Source: an uncultured delta proteobacterium (GTDB lineage: Bacteria; Desulfobacterota; Binatia; UBA9968). From it: 64,000 nt of DNA. The stretch lies in NCBI GenBank assembly GCA_963847445.1, contig CAWJZV010000030.1:32001-96000 (forward strand). The letters are read 5' to 3'. Both the position numbers and the translations under genes were made by a program. Within the stretch, counting starts at the first letter, position 1. Each line of letters starts with the position of its first letter. Of the stretch, positions 20,830-29,714 are shown in pieces. The notes under the pieces were generated by a model. The model searched no databases and was not told the DNA's origin. It was given only the letters and a program-made list of their open reading frames with translations.

Positions 20830-21742
20830 TTATCGGTGTTTGAGAAAATCGCGGAAAGCTTGGGCGATGGGATGGAACGGCCGGCGGCTATGAAAGACTT
20901 GGTAGAAGTTGCGTTCGAGTTTCAGGCCACGGATCGGCACTTCGACGATGCTGCCTTGATCGAGCTCATGGCGAATCGAGATGCGCGATAAAATCGAAAA
21001 GCCGTAACCGGCCATCAGGGCTCCCTTGACGGCTTCCGTGCTGCCAAGCTCCATGGTGATGTTCAAAAGGTCGTGGGCGGGCGGTTTGCGTTTGACCGAG
21101 CAATTGCCGGATGGAATCCAACGTCCCCGAGCCATGTTCGCGTGAAATGAATCGTTCACTGCGCAGGTCCGCGACTTCGATCGCTTTACAGCGGCTCCAT
21201 GGATGGCCTTTGGGCACGGCGACGACCATTTCGTCATCCCAAATCTTTTCGAAACTAAGTCTAGGATCGTCGCCTTTGAAGCCGACGAAGCCGATCTCGA
21301 CCTTGCCATCCAAGAGATCGGCGACCACACCGGCGGAATCGCCAATGCGCAGGATCGGTTTTACCTGGGGAAACTTTTTGATGAACTCGCCGAGCTTTTG
21401 CGGCAGGAGATATTCGCCGGGAATGCTGCTGCCGCCGACCCAAAGCTCGCCGCTGAGAGTGCCGTGAAATTGCTCCACCGCGGCGACGGTTTCGCGTTTG
21501 AAGGCGAGTAGATTCTTCGCCCGTTCGGCGAGCATGAGGCCCAACGGCGTCAGACTGATCTTGCCCGGCATGCGGTAGAGCAGTTTGCCACCCACCGCTT
21601 CTTCGAGCTCTTGGACATGAGCGCTGATGGTGGGCTGGCGCAGCGAGAGCAGCTCGGCAGCCTGAGAAAAACTCTTATGTTCAGCGACCCAGTAGAAAAT
21701 TTCTAATTTGTGGAGATCGAGGTCGGCTTTGATTTTCGCCAT
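20830..21742 (-). CDS. LysR-family regulator (resembles the selenium-metabolism-associated, HrsM-like subfamily), frameshift ~21090
   Basis: HTH SFSQAAELLSLRQPTISAHVQELE; GGSSIPGEYLLP, REHGSGT, ELGSTEAVK. Confidence 0.9.
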
Positions 21743-21762
21743 GGAACAGGAAAAGCTTTGTC

Positions 21763-21808
21763 GCTGAGGGAGCGCGCCATTACAAACAATCGGCCGCGCT
21801 CCCTCAGC
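21763..21808 (-). terminator. GC-rich hairpin between the Sec-peroxiredoxin and LysR genes (terminator or processing stem)
   Basis: GCTGAGGGAGCGCG(CC)...GGCCGCGCTCCCTCAGC stem; weak U tract. Confidence 0.5.
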
Positions 21809-21822
21809 TAGGGTTTGACTAC

Positions 21823-22290
21823 TTACTTACCGAGGAATTCCAACACTTCCGCCGGATGGGCGCCGGCGTCAGTGACAGGAATCCAATGCTTCTTAATCGT
21901 GCCATCGGGGCCGATCAATGCGGTCGAGCGGATCGTCCCTTCCGAGACTTCGCCCGCGGCATTTTTGCGCGGTCCCCAGGCGCCATAGGCTTTCATGGTT
22001 TCTTTCTGCTGGTCGGCTAAGAGCACGAACGGCAGGTTGAACTTGTTGATGAACTGATTGTGAGAGTCGATGCCATCCGGGCTGACACCTACAACCACGG
22101 TATTGGCTTTCGTCACGGTATCGATAGCGTCGCGGAACCCGCACGCTTCTTTGGTTCAGCCAGGTGTGTCGTCTTTCGGATAAAACCACAGAATGACGTT
22201 TTTGCCGGCGTATTCCGCCAGCGAATGTTGCTTGCCGTCGCTCCCCGCCAAAGTGAACGCCGGCGCTTTTTGCCCTTCAAGTCCTGCCAT
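21823..22290 (-). CDS. bcp: Selenocysteine-containing peroxiredoxin (BCP/PrxQ), 155 aa, Sec at codon 45
   Basis: GGAGG + ATG 22290; MAGLEGQKAPAFTL...WFYPKDDTPG-TGA(22158-22156)-TKEACGFRD continues in frame into ORF 21823..22116; TGA aligns to the peroxidatic Cys of the paralog. Confidence 0.9.
22127..22146 (-). promoter_or_regulatory. Candidate bacterial SECIS hairpin
   Basis: GCGU-GCGG-GUU-CCGC-G-ACGC begins 9 nt after UGA; the G-containing apical loop lies 17 nt downstream of UGA. Confidence 0.65.
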
Positions 22291-22309
22291 GAAGCACCTC
22301 CGTATTAAG

Positions 22310-22324
22310 ATAGTGTTTGTCTAT
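22310..22324. promoter_or_regulatory. Perfect ATAG-N7-CTAT LysR-type operator upstream of Sec-peroxiredoxin/LysR
   Basis: ATAGTGTTTGTCTAT, 20 bp upstream of ATG 22290. Confidence 0.7.
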
Positions 22325-22370
22325 CACACCGATAATCTATCTATCAATGATCGAGGACCGGCCATTGGCA

Positions 22371-22399
22371 TTGTCAACGGCAATGCTTGACGGTATATT
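22371..22399 (+). promoter_or_regulatory. Sigma70-like promoter for ygfZ-like gene
   Basis: TTGTCA-N17-TATATT. Confidence 0.45.
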
Positions 22400-22408
22400 T
22401 TCGCAACT

Positions 22409-23578
22409 ATGGCAAAGCGATCGACCCTATCGGATTTGCACGAACGCCAAGGGGCGACTTTTATCGAACGGGACGGCTGGCTATTGCCCGACCATTTCGG
22501 CGATCCGGCGAGCGAGTACAATTCGGTTCGTGAATCCGCCGGCCTGTTCGACCTCGCCAATCGCGCCATGCTGCAATTCACCGGCGAGGACCGGCTATCC
22601 TATCTGCAAGGCATGCTATCCAATGATCTGCGCCCGCTTAAAATGTTCGATGGCCAGCAGGCGACGATTCTGACGCAGCAGGGCAAGGTGGTCGCCGATG
22701 TTCGCGTACTCTGCTCCTTGAACTCTTTTTACCTGGATTTCTGGGAGCCGCTCAAGGAAAAGATTCTCACCCATCTCAATCGCTATCTGGTCGCCGATGA
22801 CGTAGAGATCCATGATCCCAATGAGCAATGGAAAATGCTTTCGCTGCAAGGGCCGCGGGCGCAAGTGATGCTTGATCAAGTGTTTGCCAATGCCGAGCTG
22901 CCGGCGCACGCGAATCACCATGGCATGGTGCAATTCGACGGCACTCCGGTCTGCGTCGTGCGCGCCGATCGCACGGGCCATGACGGCTTCGATCTGATCG
23001 TGCAAACTTCTCAGCTCCTAACCTTTGCCCAACGCCTGACCGAGCTCGGCGCGGCCTGGGTCGGCGCACAGGCGCAGAATATCTTGCGCGTCGAAGCCGG
23101 TATGCCTCGTTACGGCGTCGATTTCTCCGAAGATAATCTGCTTCTTGAAGTTGCCCTGGATGACGCCGTGAGTTTCACCAAGGGCTGTTATTTGGGCCAG
23201 GAAGTCGTCGAGCGCATCCGCTCGCGCGGCCATGTCAACAAGAAGCTATGCGGGCTCTTGCTCGATGGCGACACCCCGGCAAGCCCTGGCGACAGGATCA
23301 GCGCCAGCGGCAAAGAGGTTGGCCAGATTACCAGCTCCGTCGCCTCCCTCGCCCTCCAGCGGCCTATTGCCTTGGGCTATGTCAACAAGGACTGCTGGAC
23401 GCCGGGCACCAAGTTGGCGGTAAGCCATGGCGGCAGTGAATTCGCGCGCGACGATAACCTGCAAGACCGATCGTCCCCGCTGCACACCCTGGCCCTTGAA
23501 TCCATGTCTCAACTCCGTATATTAGGCGGAAATTTGCTCCAGCTCAGAAAGGAACTTCGGCAATGGCCAATTTCGTAA
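22409..23578 (+). CDS. ygfZ: YgfZ/GcvT-family folate-binding aminomethyltransferase-like protein (true stop probably earlier; C-terminal frameshift)
   Basis: KGCYLGQE motif, LRVEAGMPRYG, GLFDL. Confidence 0.85.
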   Translation: MAKRSTLSDLHERQGATFIERDGWLLPDHFGDPASEYNSVRESAGLFDLANRAMLQFTGEDRLSYLQGMLSNDLRPLKMFDGQQATILTQQGKVVADVRVLCSLNSFYLDFWEPLKEKILTHLNRYLVADDVEIHDPNEQWKMLSLQGPRAQVMLDQVFANAELPAHANHHGMVQFDGTPVCVVRADRTGHDGFDLIVQTSQLLTFAQRLTELGAAWVGAQAQNILRVEAGMPRYGVDFSEDNLLLEVALDDAVSFTKGCYLGQEVVERIRSRGHVNKKLCGLLLDGDTPASPGDRISASGKEVGQITSSVASLALQRPIALGYVNKDCWTPGTKLAVSHGGSEFARDDNLQDRSSPLHTLALESMSQLRILGGNLLQLRKELRQWPIS

Positions 23579-23871
23579 AAGTCTGCAAAACCGATGAGGT
23601 CAAAGGCGGTTGCGGCAAAAGCTTAGAGATCGACGGCAAAGCCATCGGCGTGTTCAATGTCGACGGCAAGTTCTACGCGATCAACGATGTCTGCGGCCAC
23701 CGCGGCGGCCCGCTCGCCGAAGGCGAGATGGATGGCACCACCGTGATCTGTCCCTGGCATGGCTGGCGCTACAACGTCACCACCGGCGAAAACGAATTGT
23801 TGCCGGCTCTGCCCACGGAAAAGTATGAAGTCCAGGTCGAAGGCGACGACGTACTGGTCGATTTAGGTTAG
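23563..23871 (+). CDS. Rieske [2Fe-2S] ferredoxin
   Basis: CGHRGGPL...CPWHGWRY. Confidence 0.93.
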   Translation: MANFVKVCKTDEVKGGCGKSLEIDGKAIGVFNVDGKFYAINDVCGHRGGPLAEGEMDGTTVICPWHGWRYNVTTGENELLPALPTEKYEVQVEGDDVLVDLG

Positions 23872-23894
23872 TCTAATCCACAATAAAGCAGTGG

Positions 23895-23929
23895 AGGCCC
23901 GCAGCTTGAATCAAGCTCGCGGGCCTTTT
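23895..23929 (+). terminator. Rho-independent terminator
   Basis: AGGCCCGC-AGCTTGAATCAAGCT-C-GCGGGCCTTTT hairpin followed by a T run. Confidence 0.65.
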
Positions 23930-23987
23930 GTTATGCGGTGAATACGTTGTTGAGCTGACCGGTTCAGTAAAGCGCTCTTGCTTTTTC

Positions 23988-24016
23988 CGTCATTCCCGCG
24001 CACGCGGGAATCCAGG
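23988..24016. repeat. REP-like palindrome CGTCATTCCCGCG-CA-CGCGGGAATCCAGG
   Basis: Inverted repeat; related two-arm element at 56125-56196. Confidence 0.6.
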
Positions 24017-24038
24017 TTCACCGAAACGACACACATTG

Positions 24039-24590
24039 TTATTTCAGATAAGCCCGAATGTAGTCGTTAAGCGCGTCCTTGGTGCTGTCGAAGGCGAGCT
24101 CATGCCAGGGCACTTCTTTGGGCGCAAAGATTGCGGCATCGGTCGACTCGTCCGCAGCCGTCATCGTGCCGCCGACCACTTCCGCCGTGTAGACGACGAT
24201 GACATTGGGCGAACGTGGATAGGAGTAAACGTTAAGCAGCGGCCCAAGCTTGACGTCGAGCAAACACTCTTCTTTGGTCTCACGCACCGCCGCATCTTGC
24301 ACGCTCTCGCCGCGGTCGACGTAACCGCCGGGAAACACCCACTTGCCCAGTGCCGGTTCGACGCCGCGTTTGAGCAAAACGATCCCGCCGTTCAACGTGA
24401 ATACCGTGCCGGCGACGACCTTGGGGTCCTGGTAGAAAATAAACGAACAGGCCTGGCAGACCAGCCGCCTCGGCTCGCTCGTTTTGACGATCTTCTTATC
24501 CAATCCGCCGCCACACTTCGGACAAAATCGGTACTCGATATGGCCGTGCCCGTGGCCGGCGTGATGCGCCTGATGATGATCTGCTGCCAT
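24039..24590 (-). CDS. NUDIX hydrolase with N-terminal zinc ribbon
   Basis: FCPKCG...CQAC, PGGYVDRGESVQDAAVRETKEE Nudix box; His-rich N-terminus. Confidence 0.92.
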   Translation of the reverse strand: MAADHHQAHHAGHGHGHIEYRFCPKCGGGLDKKIVKTSEPRRLVCQACSFIFYQDPKVVAGTVFTLNGGIVLLKRGVEPALGKWVFPGGYVDRGESVQDAAVRETKEECLLDVKLGPLLNVYSYPRSPNVIVVYTAEVVGGTMTAADESTDAAIFAPKEVPWHELAFDSTKDALNDYIRAYLK

Positions 24591-24649
24591 GGTTGGTTAT
24601 CTAGCGCAGATCGCGTTGAAACAAAAGACGAATCCTGTAAGTTAACCGC

Positions 24650-25327
24650 ATGCTGCGCGCGGTCATTTTCGATTTCAACGGCATCATCGTCGACGACGAG
24701 CCGATCCATTTCGAACTGTTCCAAAAGGTTCTTGCCGAAGAAGGCATTGAGCTGACTAATGACGCCTACTATGCCCGCTATCTGGGCTTCGACGACCGTG
24801 GCGCCTTCAGCTTCGGTTATCGCGAGCACGACCGGCCCTTGAGCCAACTGAAGCTGGCGGAGTTAATCGCGCGCAAAGCCGTCTACTACCAGGAAGCGAT
24901 CCGCAATCATGTGGCGATCTTTCCCGGCGTCAAGAAACTGGTCGCCGATTTGGCGCAAAGTCTGCCGCTGGCCGTCGCCTCGGGTGCCCTGCGCAACGAG
25001 ATCGAAACCATCCTGACCACCGCCAACTTAATCCATCACTTTAAGGTGGTCGTCAGCGCCGAGGACGTCGAACGGGGCAAGCCGGAACCGGATATTTTTT
25101 TGCAAGCGCTGGCAGCATTGAATGCGCACGACGGTAACCCCATCCAAGCGAATCAATGCGTCGTCATCGAAGATTCCAAAGAGGGCATCAAAGGCGCCCG
25201 CCGCGCCGGCATGAAGTGTCTGGCGGTCACCAACTCCCATGCAGCTGAACTGCTCGGAGAAGCTAACCTGATCGTGAAAAGTCTCGATGAAGTGGGGCTG
25301 GCCCGACTAGCTCAGCTTTGTCCATAG
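24650..25327 (+). CDS. HAD-superfamily phosphatase (beta-PGM-like)
   Basis: FDFNGIIVDDE, ASGA, GKPEPDIF, VIEDS. Confidence 0.92.
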   Translation: MLRAVIFDFNGIIVDDEPIHFELFQKVLAEEGIELTNDAYYARYLGFDDRGAFSFGYREHDRPLSQLKLAELIARKAVYYQEAIRNHVAIFPGVKKLVADLAQSLPLAVASGALRNEIETILTTANLIHHFKVVVSAEDVERGKPEPDIFLQALAALNAHDGNPIQANQCVVIEDSKEGIKGARRAGMKCLAVTNSHAAELLGEANLIVKSLDEVGLARLAQLCP

Positions 25328-25439
25328 CCAGAATTCTGAACCACGTTGAGTAAGATGTTGGGAATCTCCCCTTTGAAAAAAGGGGCGATTTTACGCGATC
25401 AACGCGGCGAATTTTTCAACGAACTATTGGGGCCGGACG

Positions 25440-26201
25440 CTATTGACTGGCCGACACAAAGACACCAGTCTGGTGAAAGGCAACCGTGAGCAGTCTCGCA
25501 TGTACTGAATACCACTGGCCGCGCTTGCCGCGCGACACTACCACAGCGATAGCTTCAAGCGTTGCATCACGAAATTTAAATACCTGGTCAATCTCAAGAG
25601 CAATATCCGAATAAAAACTTATCCCGGTCAAAGAGAGGTCGCGCATCTTAACCGTCATGCTTTGGGCCTGTCCGATTGGATGAATGGTGGCGAAGTGGCT
25701 CTTCACGATGCGCGGCGTAGCGCGCCGGCCGAAGAGTTCGCGCCCAAAAGCACCTGGCTTTGGCGACGCGTACAACGGACTGCGGCAGCGCTCGCAGCGC
25801 GTATCCGGCCGGATCAACTTCGGCAGCGCTGTATTGCAGTAGGGGCACTGACCGGCTTTCCCTTCGCGCGCTTGGGGCGCAGGGCTCGGCCGTCCTGTCG
25901 ACCCGGCAGCCGGCCGTGCGCCAGCGCTATTCGCGGTTCTTTTCGCCCTCTCGCGGGCGGCGGTCTGCGCCGCCTGAATCCGTTGCAGCAAATACAAGCG
26001 ATCGTACTTAACCCGTTTCGATTCATCCTTGAGCACCGCGTAGGCTTCGTTGATCTGTGCCGCGACATCGTGATCGCCGCCCAGATCCGGGTGCATCTTC
26101 ATCGTCACCATTAGCGTGCGATAACTTGCTTTGATCGTATCGACCGATGCGTTGTGCTGAACTCGAAGAATAATGTAGTAGTTGGGAAGGTTTTTAGCCA
26201 T
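25440..26201 (-). CDS. J-domain protein with Zn-ribbon and C-terminal PilZ-like domain
   Basis: NYYIIL..KASYR..HPDLGG..INEAYAVL; CPYC..CERC; RRATPR and DLSLTG PilZ motifs. Confidence 0.8.
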   Translation of the reverse strand: MAKNLPNYYIILRVQHNASVDTIKASYRTLMVTMKMHPDLGGDHDVAAQINEAYAVLKDESKRVKYDRLYLLQRIQAAQTAARERAKRTANSAGARPAAGSTGRPSPAPQAREGKAGQCPYCNTALPKLIRPDTRCERCRSPLYASPKPGAFGRELFGRRATPRIVKSHFATIHPIGQAQSMTVKMRDLSLTGISFYSDIALEIDQVFKFRDATLEAIAVVVSRGKRGQWYSVHARLLTVAFHQTGVFVSASQ

Positions 26202-26272
26202 GCGCGCAGATGTGCCTTTATGCATCTATCGGCTCAAACATGGAATTCTTTAGGAAGGTGTTCAACAAAAAA

Positions 26273-26548
26273 GTAGAGCGGGTTTCAAACCCGCCCCTAC
26301 GTCGAACCGTCGGATTAGGATACTTTCTCCCGCCAAGGCGCAAAGACGCCAAGTTCGGAAGAGGATCATAAAAGTTCGAGAGGATAGTTTACCCATTCTG
26401 CTCTGAACTTTGCGGCCTTGGCACCGGTGCTGCTAAGTAGTCGCGCTCAATGAGAAAAATTCAATCTCACCACGAAGAACACGAAGATCACGAAGTTCGG
26501 AGAAATAATTTTCCGAAACCTTCGTGTCCTTTGTGACCTCCGTGGTAA
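26273..26548. repeat. Cluster of intergenic palindromic repeats (GTAG-REP 26273-26300; CGCCAAG element 26326-26422; CACGAAG element 26466-26548)
   Basis: GTAGAGCGGGTTTCAAACCCGCCCCTAC; TCACCACGAAGAACACGAAG...CTTCGTGTCCTTTGTGACCTCCGTGGT. Confidence 0.7.
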
Positions 26549-26625
26549 AAATCTTTCCCATTTGGTTGCGGCTGTGCCGCGCTAGGTTCTTTGCGGCTAA
26601 CAATCCGATTCGGAAACCGGATTCT

Positions 26626-27690
26626 TTACAGCCGGTAGAACTCCTTGGAGTTGCTCTCAAGAATCTTGTGCGCCTGAGCATCGTTGATCCGGCCCTCGTC
26701 GACCCAGCCGCGCACCTCGTCGAGGGCGCTCAGATTGGCGGAGATATCGGTGTGGCTGTAGTCGGTGCCGATCATCAGGTTGTCCTCCGTGCCGAACTTG
26801 AGAATCGACTCGATGTCGTCGATCGGGTCGATGGTGACGAACAACCGGTTGGCGCGGAACATCTCCGGTTCCAATTCATAAAGATTGGGCAAGCGCGTCC
26901 CCTTGCCGCGCAGCGATTGGCGTTTCACCGCGCCCAACTGGGAAATGGTATAGGGAATCCATGACGCCCCCGACTCAATGAAACCAAATCTCAGTTTCGG
27001 GAACTTCTTCGCAATCCCCGAGCTGACCACGGCGTAACAGGAGTACATGATCGGAAAGCCGCGATCCCATTCGTGGCTCGGCAGCGGATGGCCGGTGTGG
27101 ATGCACAGCGGCAGGTCGAGGGCGCTGGCCTCCTCGTAGACTGGAAAGAAGTGCGGATCGGTCACATACCGGTCAAGGTCGAAGCCGCGCTTGAAGATGC
27201 CGCAGGCGCCGTTCTCTTTCGCCCAACGCACTTCGGCAACCGCTTTGTCGGGACTCAGGAAGGGCAATACTGCGGCCCAGCGCAGCCGCCCGTTGGTAGC
27301 CGCGCATTTCTCGGCAAGCCAGCGGTTGTAGGTCGTGGTCAATGCCCATTCGGCCTCGGCATTACTGGTATTGTAACGGATGAAAAACGTCGGGAAGATG
27401 ACCTGAACGGCCACGCCCATCTTGTCCATGTGAGCGACCCGGCCCGGCACGTCCTGAAGCTCGCGAAACACCCGGGGAGGATGGTTGATATCATCGCGGA
27501 TCGCCCGGTTTTGCAGCCTGCCCTCGACCACCCAACAGCGGCTGTTGGTCGGATTATAGCCGGCCCGTTTAGCCTCGTCCGGCGGCATCGTTGTCGTCAC
27601 GGGAATGTACTTGGCGTAGGGCGTACCCTCCAACTTTTTCCAAGTTTCTTCGCACTCGTCGACATGAGTATCGGCATCGATCATGGACAT
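26626..27690 (-). CDS. Amidohydrolase_2 family protein
   Basis: IDADTHV, LCIHTG, FIESGASW, IGTDYSHTD. Confidence 0.9.
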   Translation of the reverse strand: MSMIDADTHVDECEETWKKLEGTPYAKYIPVTTTMPPDEAKRAGYNPTNSRCWVVEGRLQNRAIRDDINHPPRVFRELQDVPGRVAHMDKMGVAVQVIFPTFFIRYNTSNAEAEWALTTTYNRWLAEKCAATNGRLRWAAVLPFLSPDKAVAEVRWAKENGACGIFKRGFDLDRYVTDPHFFPVYEEASALDLPLCIHTGHPLPSHEWDRGFPIMYSCYAVVSSGIAKKFPKLRFGFIESGASWIPYTISQLGAVKRQSLRGKGTRLPNLYELEPEMFRANRLFVTIDPIDDIESILKFGTEDNLMIGTDYSHTDISANLSALDEVRGWVDEGRINDAQAHKILESNSKEFYRL

Positions 27691-27872
27691 CGGGTATCCT
27701 CCACTAACAACTTTAGGATTTCTTTCCTATAGAGTTACAGTTTATGGATTTTCCTGTCAAATCGTGAAGGGCGTCCGACATGAACATGACGAATAGACCT
27801 CGCCCATGCTGGAGCAAGCTGCGGGGAATGATTAGATTCAATTCAATTAACCAATCCGCCAGCTAAATAGAG

Positions 27873-28580
27873 TTATCTATACGGCGTACGTTGCGGCCGA
27901 ATCGTAATCTCGACGGGACACGCCGTTGCCGGCGCGTTGACAATGTAAAGCACTGCTTGAGCTACGTCATCAGCTTGAATCATCTTGCTGCGGTCCAAAT
28001 GTTTCACCGGCGGAATCATCGGTGTGTCGACGAAACCCGGCAAGATCACCGCGACTTTGATGCCGTGCTCTCGGACTTCTTCGTACAGGGATTGGGTGAA
28101 ACCGATCAGGCCGAACTTCGAGGCTGAGTAGGCGGCGCCGTTGGCTTCGCCGCTTTTGCCTGACACCGAGCCGATGTTGACGACCGCGCCCTCGCCTTTC
28201 TTGATCATTGCCGGCACAAGCTCTTTGGCGAGGATCATCGGCGCGCGCAGGTTGACGCGGAATGTTTGATCCCAGTCGTCGACAAGCGAGCGCACCACCG
28301 ATGCGCGCTTGCCCCAACCGGCGTTGTTGATGAGAAAGTCTACTGCACCGCAGGCCTGAACTAACGAATGCAGATCGTGGTCGCGGGTGAGATCGGCTTG
28401 GATGACCCGAGCTTCGCCTTTGGCCGCAAGGATCTGTTGCTGAACAGATACCAGTTCCGGCGCCGTCCGCGCCGTTAGATAGACAGCACAGCCGGCTTTG
28501 CCCAGGGCAATGGCGATGGCGCGGCCTATTCCCCGGCCAGCACCTGTGACGAGCGCGGTTTTACCTGTGAGATTTTCCAT
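27873..28580 (-). CDS. SDR oxidoreductase
   Basis: TGAGRGIG, NNAG, YSASK. Confidence 0.93.
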   Translation of the reverse strand: MENLTGKTALVTGAGRGIGRAIAIALGKAGCAVYLTARTAPELVSVQQQILAAKGEARVIQADLTRDHDLHSLVQACGAVDFLINNAGWGKRASVVRSLVDDWDQTFRVNLRAPMILAKELVPAMIKKGEGAVVNIGSVSGKSGEANGAAYSASKFGLIGFTQSLYEEVREHGIKVAVILPGFVDTPMIPPVKHLDRSKMIQADDVAQAVLYIVNAPATACPVEITIRPQRTPYR

Positions 28581-28776
28581 TATTACAGCGTCAACGAGAG
28601 AATTAGAAATACTTCAACAAGCTCAGCTGAACGGAATATTTTTTTGAACTCAATCACTCATGAATCGATTCCACCAACTCGCTGCACCGAAATCCGAACG
28701 TAGGATGGGTTGAGCGTTAGCGATACCCATAGATTCCCGGACGCGGATATCGCCGTTCTGCGCTTGTACGTCGCGG

Positions 28777-29199
28777 TTAGTGAACCGTATTGCTCTCATC
28801 CTGATCCGGCGGCTGCGATACCGACGAGCCGTGATGCAGGATCATGCGCCAGCCGTCCGCGGTCTTTTGAAACATATTCGTGGTCAGTATCGCGGCGGAG
28901 AAAGTCTGGCCTTCGATGGAGCTCGCCAGGTTTTCATACTGCGTCACCCAGGCAAGCTCGCCGCGCACTTCGATCTTCACATCGGTCAAAGTGAACTGCA
29001 CAGACGGGGTATTTTGAAAAATCCTTTTCCAGCTCTCCATCACCGGGCCCCAGCCCCGCAGGATACGCCAGCCGGGATGACCGCATTGAATGTCGGCGTC
29101 TTTCGACCACACTTGTTCCATGGCCTCGATCTTGAGAGTTTCGAAGGCATGGTAAAAGGCTTGGTTCGCCTGAGCGATTGCTTGGATTTCGTCAGTCAC
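28777..29199 (-). CDS. SnoaL-like/NTF2-family protein
   Basis: ANQAFYHAFE, CGHPGW, WRMILHHGS. Confidence 0.85.
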   Translation of the reverse strand: MTDEIQAIAQANQAFYHAFETLKIEAMEQVWSKDADIQCGHPGWRILRGWGPVMESWKRIFQNTPSVQFTLTDVKIEVRGELAWVTQYENLASSIEGQTFSAAILTTNMFQKTADGWRMILHHGSSVSQPPDQDESNTVH

Positions 29200-29301
29200 A
29201 GCTTCCCTCGTTTAGCCTCATCGTCGCAGTTCAAACACGAAGTTTCGATTCGAATTGACGTTGAACTTTTGAACCTGGAACCTTGAACCGCCCGCTTCGG
29301 C

Positions 29302-29628
29302 TCAATGATGCGGTTTGGGCGTCACGAAAACCAGGGTCACCAGGCGCGATTGGCTGCGATTGGCGACGCCGTGGCTCTGGCCGGCCGGCGCCAAGGCGAT
29401 CTCGCCCACTCCCAACTCCCTTTCTTCAGCACCGATGGTGAACGAACCGCGCCCTTCGAGCACGTAGTAGACCTTGTCTTCACCGGCGTGGGTGTGCGGC
29501 TTCTGCTCTTGTCCAGGCTCGAAACAGTAGGTGTCGCAGAAGAAACGCTCGGTCTCGAAGACGCCATTCTTTTTCATCTTGTCCGCCGAATAGCTCATGG
29601 CATCGGTTAGTTTCTTGAAGTTGCTCAT
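29302..29628 (-). CDS. Cupin domain protein
   Basis: PHTHAGEDKVYYVLEG, APAGQSHGVAN. Confidence 0.88.
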   Translation of the reverse strand: MSNFKKLTDAMSYSADKMKKNGVFETERFFCDTYCFEPGQEQKPHTHAGEDKVYYVLEGRGSFTIGAEERELGVGEIALAPAGQSHGVANRSQSRLVTLVFVTPKPHH

Positions 29629-29714
29629 CGCTCACTCCTCATTTATTTCGTCGTGCGATACTACCATAGGGCCGACGGCATGCAAAAGCCGGATGAATCT
29701 GTTAGTTCTCGTGC

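Noticed and set aside
23928-24755. Long antisense/overlapping ORFs (e.g. 23928..24755, 39420..40313, 45530..46375, 62192..63466)
   Set aside because: Shadow ORFs of GC-rich genes on the opposite strand, with no motifs or RBS
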